Positions 1 to 9,900 of a stretch of 64,000 nucleotides of DNA are shown here, in pieces. The stretch's first letter is position 1; each line of letters begins with the position of its first letter. Source of the stretch: Mobula hypostoma (taxonomy: Eukaryota). The notes under the pieces were generated by a model that searched no databases, had not been told where the DNA came from, and saw only the letters and a program-made list of their open reading frames with translations. The stretch covers positions 30,568,001 through 30,632,000 of the forward strand of contig NC_086109.1 in the NCBI RefSeq assembly GCF_963921235.1, given 5' to 3'. Position numbers and translations under genes: made by a program.

Positions 1-99
1 TAAATAGTGTCATTTTAACCAATAGCAGTTTGGAAAATGACTTCCTTTGGAAGACTGAGGAATGAAATTAATAAATCAAAGTGATTGCTTAACTCTTCA

Positions 100-286
100 A
101 GACGAGAAAATCTGCAGATGCTGGAAATCCAAGCAGCACGCACAGACTGCTGGAGGCCGGGCAGCATCCATGGAAAAGAGTAAAGAGTTGACATTTTGGG
201 CCGAGACCCCTCATGACGGCTGTTTACTCATTTCCATAGATGCTGTCTGGCCTGTTGAGTTCCTCCAGCACTTTTTGTGCATTGCA
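100..286. mobile_element. Short fold-back element made of inverted Penelope 3' termini, with a decayed hammerhead motif between the arms
   Basis: Left arm TGCTGGAGG..GGCAGCATCCATGGAAAAGAGTAAA is complementary to right arm TTTACTCATTTCCATAGATGCTG..CCTCCAGCA. Both arms resemble the PLE 3' end at 3300-3435. Confidence 0.75.
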
Positions 287-429
287 TAAATCTATAATTT
301 TATGTACAATCTGTACAAAATGTTGATGTATTTGAACACCCGGTACACGTACACACACCAAATAACTGAAGTGGGAATATTCTCTAATGATTGTACATTT
401 TTCAATTCCATTTGCAGATATCCAGCAAA

Positions 430-1180
430 TGAACTAGTCCATAACCGCATGCAGCAAGATTTAGAGAATATTTAGGCATAGACTAACAAATGGCAAACAA
501 TATTTGTGCCTCATGAGTACCACGTAACAGCTATTTCCATGAAGAGAAGATCTAGTCACCTATACTTGACAACTGCATTACCACCACCATCAATATGGTT
601 AGGGTCAACATTAACTAGACATTCAACTGAACCAGCTACATAGATAACTGTGATTTCAAGAACAGCTCAAAGTCTGCAGCTTTTGCTATGAGTTACTTTT
701 CTCTCAGTCCCAAAGCATTTCCGGCATCCAGATGGTACAAATAAGAAACATAATGGAATACTCCACACTTACCTGAATATATTTGTCATCAACAATTCTG
801 AAGAAACTTGACACCATTTAGTAGAAAATGGCCCACCATTAGCCTGTTATTGCACTCATCTTTAATATTTGCACCTTGACAATACATCTATAAAAGCCAC
901 TATGGTGACTGACTTTTGCTGCTGTTACAATTTCACAAGCAGGTAATGGCTTCTCCCCAAGCTATATGGGAACACTACTACGTGCTTGTTACCATCCAGT
1001 TTGCATGCTGTCCTCAAATGGAAATTTAGTGTTCATTTATGCTGAGTGTAAGTTCTTGAACTTCTTCCTTACGAACATTATGGAAGCATCTTTACTAGAA
1101 AGCCTGCAGTTAGTCAAGAAGACAGCACTTACTCTGGGAAATTTTGGTAATTGTCTTCAAAAATCCTGGTTTGCCAATAA
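430..1180 (+). mobile_element. Old decayed non-LTR retrotransposon (CR1/L2 group) RT C-terminus and 3' end
   Basis: Degenerate QQDLENI.A..NKWQ and LG.TI...NWTS.I-like coding remnants. The 3' part resembles the reverse complement of 9030-9150. Confidence 0.55.
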
Positions 1181-1560
1181 TGCACAGCTCTTTGACTTCC
1201 TCGAACTAAACTAAAGAACGTTTGTTAATGTGACTGATAATTCTGATGTACCCATTCTACCTAGTGTGCCTTTATTTTATTAGATGTTTAAAGGTGAGGT
1301 CATACTGGATTTAGTACTAGACAATGAACTTGGTCAGGTGGCAGATCTTTCAGTTGGTGAGTATTTTGGAATTAGTGACCACAATTCCCTGACTTTTGCA
1401 CAGCCTTGCACAGGGATAGGACCGGATGCTATGAGAATGTATTTAATTAGGGGAGGGTTAATTTTGATGCTATTAGGCAGGAAATTTGGAGCATAAATTG
1501 TGTACAGATGCTCTCAGAGGATGTGTTGGAAACTTTGAAAATCATCAATAAATACATCCC

Positions 1561-1690
1561 TGGATGTCCAGTCCCTATATACTTCCATCCCCCATCAGGA
1601 AGGTGGATGTCTAGTCCCTATATACTTCTATCCCCCATCAGGAAGGTTGGATGTCCAGTCCCTATATACTTCCATCCCCCATCAGGAAGG
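1561..1690 (+). repeat. Tandem triplication of a 43-bp RT segment at the PLE 5' junction
   Basis: TGGATGTCCAGTCCCTATATACTTCCATCCCCCATCAGGAAGG at 1561-1603, 1604-1646 (2 substitutions) and 1648-1690. Confidence 0.97.
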
Positions 1691-3008
1691 TCTCAAAGCT
1701 CTACGCTTCTTTTTGGATTCCAGACCTAATCAGTTCCCCTCTACCACCACTCTGCTCCGTCTAGCGGAATTAGTCCTTACTCTTAATAATTTCTCCTTTA
1801 GCTCCTCCCACTTCCTCCAAACTAAAGGTGTAGCTATGGGCACCCGTATGGGTCCTAGCTATGCCTGCCTTTTTGTTGGCTTTGTGGAACAATCTATGTT
1901 CCGTGCCTATTCTGGTATCTGCCCCCCACTTTTCCTTCGCTACATCGACGACTGCATTGGCGCTGCTTCCTGCACGCATGCAGAGCTCGTTGACTTTATT
2001 AACTTTGCCTCCAACTTTCACCCTGCCCTCAAGTTTACCTGGTCCATTTCCGACACCTCCCACCCCTTTCTAGATCTTTCTGTCTCTGTCTCTGGAGACA
2101 GCTTACCCACTGATGTCTACTATAAGCCTACTGACTCTCACAGCTATCTGGACTATTCCTCTTCTCACCCTGTCTCTTGCAAAAACGCCATCCCCTTCTC
2201 GCAATTTCTCCGTCTCCGCCGCATCTGCTCTCAGGATGAGGCTTTTCATTCTAGGACGAGGGAGATGTCTTCATTTTTTAAAGAAGGGGGCTTCCCTTCC
2301 TCCACTATCAACTCTGCTCTTAAACGCATCTCCCCCATTTCACGTACATCTGCTCTCACTCCATCCTCCCACCACCCCACTAGCAATAGGGTTCCCCTGG
2401 TCCTCACCTACCACCCCACCAGCCTCCGGGTCCAACATATTACTCTCCGTAACTTCCGCCACCTCCAACGGGATCCCACCACTAAGCACATCCTTCCCTC
2501 CCCACCTCTCTCTGCATTCCACAGGGATCGCTTCCTACGCAACTCCCTTGTCCATTTGTCCCCCCCATCCCTCCCCACTGATCTCCCTCCAGGCACTTAT
2601 CCGTGTAAGCGGAACAAGTGCTACACATGCCCTTACACTTCCTCCCTTACCACCATTCAGGGCCCCAAACAGTCCTTCCAGGTGAGGCAACACTTCACCT
2701 GTGAGTTGGCTGGGGTGATATACTGCGTCCGGTGCTCCCGATGTGGCCTTTTATATATTGGCGAGACCTGACGCAGACTGGGAGACCGCTTTGCTGAACA
2801 TCTACGCTCTGTCTGCCAGAGAAAGCAGGATCGCCCAGTGGCCACACATTTTAATTCCACATCCCATTCCCATTCTGACATGTCTATCCACGGCCTCCTC
2901 TACTGTAAAGATGAAGCCACACTCAGGTTGGAGGAACAACACCCTATATTCCGTCTGGGTAGCCTCCAACCTGATGGCATGAACATCGACTTCTCTAACT
3001 TCCGCTAA
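1647..3008 (+). pseudogene. Penelope-like RT/GIY-YIG polyprotein fragment with one in-frame TGA (2769-2771)
   Basis: The 374-aa ORF continues in frame after TGA as RRLGDRFAEHLRSV..PVATHFN..LGSLQPDGMNIDFSNFR to TAA at 3006-3008. Confidence 0.92.
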
Positions 3009-3299
3009 TGCCCCACCTCCCCCTCGTACCCCATCTGTTATTTATTTTTGTACACACATTCTTTCTCTCACCCTCCTTTTTCTCCCTCTGTCCCTCTGAA
3101 TATACCCCTTGCCCATCCTCTGGGTCCCCCTCCCTTGTCTTTCTTCCCGGACCTCCTGTCCCATGATCCTCTCGTATCCCTTTTGTCTATCACCTGTCCA
3201 GCTCTTGGCTCCATTCCTCCCCCTCCTGTCTTCTCCTATCATTTTGGATCTCCCCCTCCCCCTCCAACTTTCAAATCCCTTACTCACTCTTCCTTCAGT

Positions 3300-3337
3300 T
3301 AGTCCTGACGAAGGGTCTCGGCCTGAAACGTCGACTA
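3300..3337 (+). ncRNA. Minimal type I hammerhead ribozyme motif in the Penelope terminal repeat
   Basis: Stem I TAGTC/GACTA, core CTGACGA (3305-3311), short stem II within AGGGTCTCGGCCT, GAAAC (3325-3329), palindromic ACGT stem III and GTC cleavage triplet (3330-3332). Confidence 0.8.
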
Positions 3338-4659
3338 CACCTCTTCCTAGAGATGCAGCCTGGCCTGCTGCGTTCACCAGCAACTTTTATGTGTGTTGCT
3401 TGAATTTCCAGCATCTGCAGAATTCCTGTTGTTTGCATCCCTGGAGCTGATGGGATATACTCCAGGATACCATGGGAAGCAAGAGAAGAGATTGCTCAAC
3501 CTTTAGTGATGATGTTTACATCCGAACTGCCCACAGGAGTAGTAGATTAGAGGATGGCAAATGTTATTCCTTTGTTTAACAAGGTAATGGAGATAATCCT
3601 GGGGATTATAGGCCAGTGAGTCTGACATCAGTGGTGGACAAACTATTGGATAGGATTCTTAGATGAGCATTTTGAGAAGTGTAGTCTGATTAGGGAGCAT
3701 GGCTCTATGAAGGTCAGGTACTGCCTTATAAGCCCCAATTGCCTTTTTCCCCCAAGGAATTGACAAAACAAATTAATGAAGGTAGAGCAGTGGAAGTGGT
3801 GTATATGGATTTTAATAAGATGTTCAACAAAACTCCCTATGGTGGGCTCATTCAAAGTCAGGAGACTTGGGATGCAGGGAAACTTGGCTGCATGAATTTC
3901 TAATTGACTTGCCCACAGAAGGGAGAGGGTGGTAGCAGATGGAGCATATTGTGCCTGGAGGTCGGCGATCAGTGGTATTCCACAGGAATCTGTTTTGGGT
4001 CCCCTGCTGATTATGATTTTTATAAACGAATCAGATGAGGAAGTGAAGGGGTGGGTTAGTAAGATTACAGATGATAAGAAATGTGGTGTTGTGCTGAATA
4101 GTGTAGAGGGTTGCTGTAGCTCTGGAGACTGACAGAATATCGAGCTGGACTGAGAAGTGGTATGTGGAGCTCCAACCAGAGAAATTTGAGGAAGGTGCAC
4201 TTTGGAAGGTCGAACTGGAAGCGAGGATTCTTATCAGTGTAGGGGAACAGAAAGTTCTTAGCTCCCAGTCCATAGATCCCTCAAAGTTGTTTTGCAAATT
4301 AATAGAGTGGTTAAGAAGGCTATGGTGTGTTGACCTTTATTAGTCGGACGATTGAGTTCAAGAACTGCAAGGTAATGTTGCAGGTCTATAAACTCTGGGA
4401 CACATCAAAGGGCATATTTCAATGGTGACTGGAGTAAAGTTTCGAGAGGACTTCAGAGGTCAGTTTTGTACACAGAGAGTGGTAATTGTATGGAACACTC
4501 TGCCAGGGATAGTTGTAGAAATAAATGCATGAGGGACTTGGAAGAAAGAAAAATGAATGGCTAAGTGGGAGGGCAGGGTTAGGTTGACCTTGCAGTATGT
4601 TAAAAGTCAACATCTCATCATAGGATGACGGGCCTATAGAGTATTATTCTGTTCTATGT

Positions 4660-5460
4660 TAAAGAGGTTTGGCGTATCACCAAATACTAACGAATTTCTA
4701 TGCGGGATGAGGTGCCAGATTAGTGTAGCAATTAGCGCGGTGCCATTATAGCATGGGGCGTTGGAGTTCAGAGTTCAATTCCAATGTGTTTTTGAGGAAT
4801 TTGTACGTCCTCCCTGTGAACACATAGGTTTCCTCCAGGGGCTCTGGTTTCCTCCCACATTCCAAAGATGAAGCAGTTGGTAGGTTAATTGGCTATTGTA
4901 AATTGTCCTGTGATCAGACTAGGGTTAAATAGGTGAATTTTTGGATGGGGCAGCTCATTGGGCCGGTTTCTCTAAATAGATAAATAATGTATTGTTGAAA
5001 GTATCCCAACTGGTTGTAGCACGGTCTGGTATGGTAACTTGAAAGAACAAGAATGCAGGATGCTGCAGGGAACAGTGGATTCAGCCAAATACATCACAAG
5101 CACATCCCTCCCTACCATCATTACGATCAACCTGAGGAAGGCAGCATCTGTTATCAAAGATTTCCAGCACCTATTTTCTCACAGCTATCACTGGGTAAGA
5201 AGCACAGAAGCCTGAAGTCCCACACTACCAGATTTAAGAACAGTTACTTCCCATTAACCACTCAGTTCTTGAACCAGTTAGCCACTACAGGATAGCAACA
5301 CAGTAAATATTTTAATCACTTTGCACTAAAATGGACTTTTAAATTCTAATTGTGCTCCTTCTTGTAAAAATTGTGTATAATTTATGTTCTTCTTGTGTCT
5401 GCTGCTTTCATTTCACCTCTGCATGCACATACTAGTGCATAAACTCGACTTTGACTTTAA
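4660..5460 (+). mobile_element. Decayed Rex1/Babar-type LINE 3' fragment, interrupted by a SINE
   Basis: RFG.S..LTNFY, ESI.TGC.TVWYG and SLKSHTTRFKNSYFP remnants; GACTTT-type tail near 5447-5458. Confidence 0.75.
4712..4970 (+). mobile_element. tRNA-derived V-domain SINE (HE1-like)
   Basis: B-box-like GAGTTCAATTCC, then V-domain GGTTTCCTCCAGGGGCTCTGGTTTCCTCCCACATTCCAAAGA and GGTTAATTGG..TGTAAATTGTCC. Confidence 0.8.
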
Positions 5461-7974
5461 CCTTGCAGTAACATTCCTGTTCACTGAACGCAAGGATAAT
5501 AGGAACCATCCGAATCTATGATTGATTATGTTAATCTGGGAACTTTACAGCGGTTTAAGCAAGCCTGACAAGAACTCAGCTGAAGTGTTATATTGGTGCC
5601 CTGATGAACATTTCTGGATATTTATGGAAGTTGTCTGATCATTGTATCTTGAAGTAGCAAGGAAAGCTATTCACACTATCTGGAGGAAATTAATGGAATA
5701 GTTTTATATAGTGGAAGCTGATGGAACAAATACTCTCCCAAAATCTCATCTCTTTCTTCACCCACATAACTAACTGCCTGGAATTTTCAGACAGTGGCCA
5801 AATATAACAGGTATTGACAAGGTTGAAGAAACAGGTCCACAAATCTATAGTGTGCCCAAGACATGGATTTCCTTTTTACCCAAAATCATTTGTAATAGTG
5901 ACGTCTGCCTGTACATCCAATCAGGTTGAAGGATTTTGACAGAAAATAAAGCAGGAAGTTGAAATTAATAGAGACTTTGGCTATATTTTTGAGAACATAA
6001 CGATCAGATCCAACAGATGGAAATTTGAAATGTTATTCAGCTTTATTTGCAAATATAAAACAATATTTTTTGTAAATATATATTTCAAATATAAATAAAA
6101 TGATTCTCTGGTGATTCCACATCAGAGAGTAGAGTTCCCAGTGGAGGAGCAAGGAATTGCTGACAACAGCTTTCAGATTTCCTCATTTTATGAAGCATAT
6201 CAAATATTAGAGAGCATAATTTTAGTGGAAGAGGTTCAGAGAAAACCTGCAGGGAAAGTATTTTTACATGGAAGTAGTAGAAGCAAGTACAATTGCAACA
6301 TTTAAGAGACAGACACATGAACAAGGAATGAAGGAAAAATGATAATGGACAGGCAGATGGGATTAGTTAAATTGGCATTGTGGTCAGCACAGATGTGACG
6401 GGCTGAACGGCTGTTCCTGGGCTGTACTGATCTATGTTTCCAAGAATAGATAAAAACTGGTCTCAGTAGTTATTTATGCTATAATATTCTAGAAGTGTAT
6501 TCCCATTTGACAAATTATGCATACGATACTTTACTTTTATAAGCTCAGAATTGTCCTCTCTGTTTAGAGAAATAATGTATAACACCATTCACATTTATAT
6601 ATTTTTCTTTTTCCACACAAATAAGCTGAAGAGAAAGTGTACATTACAATTGATAAAGTAGGACACACCACTCTAATTTCTCGAACAAAATCATTTGTTG
6701 CCAATTTGTCAGAAATTAGGAAAAAAGAGAAAATGTTATGTTTGCTCTAAACATCTCAATGTTGTGCATTCTGTCATGTTTCACAAAAGGCTTTCAACCA
6801 GTTACAATGCAGCTTCTTAATAAATAACAAATCACTCTTTTGAATGTATAAAATTTCAACCAATACAAATATATCGAGTTGAAATATAGGAATCCCACAG
6901 AAAACAGAAGAGAATATTTCATGAAAATATTGCCAGAAGAAAATAATTCATTGATAATGTCACCTAAAATGTATTCTGTGTACTTCATTCTATGATCTAC
7001 TGGAATGGTTAACCATTTTAATTGGAAAATCAATTAATTAACATTTTATATGGGAGAATGAATGGATGAATGAATGATTATTCAGAATGATTATTTTATG
7101 TCAGAGTTCAACATTGTATTTCAAAGATCTAAAACTAGGAATAATTTTGTGCCTACCAAGGAGAAATCACTTTCAGTTTCAGGCGTAGTTGAAACTTGAT
7201 GTTCAAAATACAGAAGTGGGTTTAAATAACCCGGTTGTAATTTTCTGTTGAAGCTGTGCACATCACTTTCTTCACGTGCTCTGTCATCAGCAAGGGGAGT
7301 GATTCTAATACTACCAATTTCCATGTGGCCTTGAGAAAGATATACTTGACAGTTTTGCCAAGAACATATATATCTGTAGTAACGCATCTTAACTGCACAG
7401 CTTTCTCTGATATTGTGTAACTGTCTACAGATTATCAGTAATTAATTTTATCATTGAAACTTTTCTAAGCAATCATGATTGACAGATCAAAGCATTTGTA
7501 ATGACTTGCATCTGGCTACTGATCATATTCAAACTAAATTCTTCAACCGTTCAACAAATGCCAACAGATGGATGACACTACTCATTAACGTATAAAAGTC
7601 AAAACTTACAGTATTTGCCCTGTGGAAAATACTGTGTGGATTTTCCTCTGCTGCTAATTGTAGCCTGCAGAATGAAATTTAATATATTTTGACACAGCCC
7701 AAATCTCTTGGTGGTAGATGCTCTTTTAAAGATAAAAAGTTGGCATGTGTGAGTTCAGTGCTTGTGATGGTATGCTTGTCAGTCTTGACCCACTATTTGA
7801 TCTCATGCTGTGAGGCAACACTGGCGAGTATCTGTCAATGTGTGGAATTTTAAGAGATATTCCTGAAACACATTGACTTTCTGGTATTGTAATGTTATGC
7901 TTACCTAATACTCGCTTGTGAGAACACTTATGCTTCAACTTAGAGCTCATCTTGTTGATATGATTGAATAATTT

Positions 7975-8310
7975 AAAGAGACTGGCTTTATTTGTCACAT
8001 GTATGTCAAAACATTGAATCAAGCAGTGAAACGTATTGTTTCTGTCAAAGATCAACACAGTACAAGGATGAGCTGGGAGAACCTCGAAGTGTCACCAGGC
8101 TTTTGGTGCCAATGTAGAATCTCCGCAACTTATTAACCCTGATCTTAACCTGTAAGAATTTGGAACTCGGGTGGAAACCAGAGCACCTGGAGGAAATCCA
8201 CTTGGTTATGGGGAGAACATGCAAACTCCCGACAGAGAGAGAGTGGCAGGAATTGAACTTCGATCGCTGATCACTGCTGCTGTAAAGTATTGTGCTAACG
8301 GCTTTCCCAG
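7975..8310 (-). mobile_element. V-domain SINE, decayed
   Basis: GGAAACCAGAGCACCTGGAGGAAATCCAC..GGGAGAACATGCAAACTCC is the reverse complement of the V-domain; GGAATTGAAC is B-box-like. Confidence 0.75.
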
Positions 8311-8514
8311 TACCAATTGATCTTTCTTGCGATAATCTCTTAGGAGCCAACAAGATTTACTTCCACTCCTGTACTGCGGGTTCGGAGGTGACAGAGAAGG
8401 GACATAAGACACCAACAAATTTAGTCCTTGGTGGGACAGGAGGTTATCAGCATGGTAAGAAGTTAGGCAACTTCAAAATTCCTCTGCTCTTTCCTCTCTT
8501 ACAGTGGCATCTGA

Positions 8515-8612
8515 CACCTGATGAAGGGACTCGGCCTGAAACGTTGACAGTTTACTCTATTCCATTGATGCTGCCTGGCCTGCTGAGTTCCTCCAGCATT
8601 TCGTGTATATCA
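8515..8612 (+). mobile_element. Short Penelope terminal-repeat fragment with hammerhead core
   Basis: CTGATGAAGGGACTCGGCCTGAAACGTTGACAG followed by GATGCTGCCTGGCCTGCTGAGTTCCTCCAGCA, matching 3305-3385. Confidence 0.8.
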
Positions 8613-9029
8613 CACCAGCCTGAATGGTCTCTCTCCACTTTGATAGAACTCTGTGGGGATGTTGCATGGAGGTTTAGAGAAAATTTTTGAATCTTTTGTC
8701 TGTCCACCTGATGGATCAAAGTCAAGATTTTTGTCATATGCACAGCTACATATAAAGGTATGCATAGGTGCAGTGAAAAACTTGCAATGGCATCACAGAC
8801 CCATAACATCATATAAATAGCATTCACTGGAAAAACATCAATTTATACAAATTATATGCAACATTTACAAGAAAAACAAAACAAAAAGAAACCAGGGCCA
8901 TTTTAGTGCAAATTAGTCAAAAGTGATGCTAAACTGTAGCGAATGGAAGGACTTGTTCTGTAGTTTGGTGTTCAGTTTCAAATGACATGGCCTATTCATC
9001 ACATCTGACTGGGTTTCATTAGGGTATCA

Positions 9030-9900
9030 GTTTTTTTATATATTCATTCAAGGGATGGGGGCTTCACAGGCTGAGCCAGTATTTAATTGCCCATCTCTCA
9101 TTGTCTTTAAGAAGGTGGTGGTAAGCTGCTTCTTGAAATACTGTTGTCCTTGAAATAGACCCACAACACTGCTCAAGTACTTTACCCAACAACAATGAAG
9201 AAAAGGTGATACGTTTCTAAGACAGGATTATGCATGGCAACTTCCAGTTGGTGGTATTCCCATAGTTTTGTTGCCTTTGTCTTTCTAGCATTTGGAGGCC
9301 ATGTTGTGAAGCTGTCTAAGTAGTCTTGGTGCATTCTGCAGATGATACAAACTGCTGCATGTCGGTGATGGAGTGAATGAGATGCCCATCAAGTAGGCTG
9401 CCATGTCCTGAATGGTGTCACATTATTGAAGTTGTATTCTTCCAGGCAAGTGGAAAGTATTCTGTCAGACTCCTTGAGTCCCGTAGATAGTGGATAGGCT
9501 ATAAGAATTTAGTAAGTGAGTTACACATCACAGAACTTTACAACTCCTCCCCTGAAGGGTCAGACACCCTAAGCCAATAGACTGGTCCTGGACTTATTTC
9601 CTGGCATAATTTACAATTTACATATTACTATTTAATTATTTATGGTTTTATTACTATTTAATTATTTATGGTGCAACTGTAACAAAAACCAATTTCCCCT
9701 GGGATCAATAAAGTATGATTATGACTATGACTATGACTATGACTATTCTTAGGCTTTCACCTCCCCTTGTAACCAGTTCATTTGCTGGAGATGTTGACCT
9801 GAGAGAGGAAACTGACCTTCGACTGTTTGTCCTTCAAATAGGTTTGGAGGTTTTTCTGAAGATAGCATTAGTGTTAACTCCCTAGTACGTTCAAATGCTC
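9030..9900 (-). mobile_element. Old CR1/L2-group LINE 3' fragment (same family as 430-1180) containing a younger insertion
   Basis: GCCAGTATTTAATTGCCCATC..AAGAAGGTGGTGGTAAGCTGCTTCTTGAA matches the 1085-1180 region in reverse orientation. Confidence 0.55.
9535..9746 (+). mobile_element. Short LINE 3'-end insertion with (GACTAT)n tail
   Basis: Ends GGGATCAATAAAGTATGATTATGACTATGACTATGACTATGACTAT; a similar GGGATCAATAAA terminus occurs near 38640. Confidence 0.65.

Larger units (their letters stand above)
1561..3435 (+). mobile_element. 5'-truncated Penelope-like element (RT + GIY-YIG endonuclease + pyrimidine-rich 3' region/terminal repeat)
   Basis: RT motifs DVQSLYTSIP, GVAMGTRMGPSYA, RYIDD; VIYC..C..C..LYIGET GIY-YIG motif; flanking direct repeat CATCCCTGGA at 1555-1564 and 3436-3445. 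Confidence 0.95.
1285..4660 (+). mobile_element. Decayed CR1 LINE, interrupted by a Penelope-like element
   Basis: Endonuclease remnant ILDLVL..SDHNSLTF at 1284-1400. RT remnants from 3437 (PGADGI.., YRPVSLTSVV, SGIPQESVLGPLL). TTCTGTTCTATG-type tail near 4650. Confidence 0.85.

Noticed and set aside
1561..1690. 43-bp repeats as a CRISPR array
   Set aside because: No spacers; the unit is RT coding sequence; the context is eukaryotic.
2769..2771. In-frame TGA in the PLE GIY-YIG domain as selenocysteine or readthrough (some PLE clades encode selenoproteins)
   Set aside because: It falls in GET*RRL, a basic-residue position rather than a Cys position; CGA-to-TGA CpG decay is simpler, and I saw no SECIS.
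1770..2881. Overlapping and antisense ORFs over RT genes (also at 16383-17442 and 27971-29086)
   Set aside because: Shadow frames of transposon coding sequence with no independent motifs.
4712..4790. tRNA gene
   Set aside because: Only a degenerate tRNA-like head continuing into a V-domain; it is a SINE.
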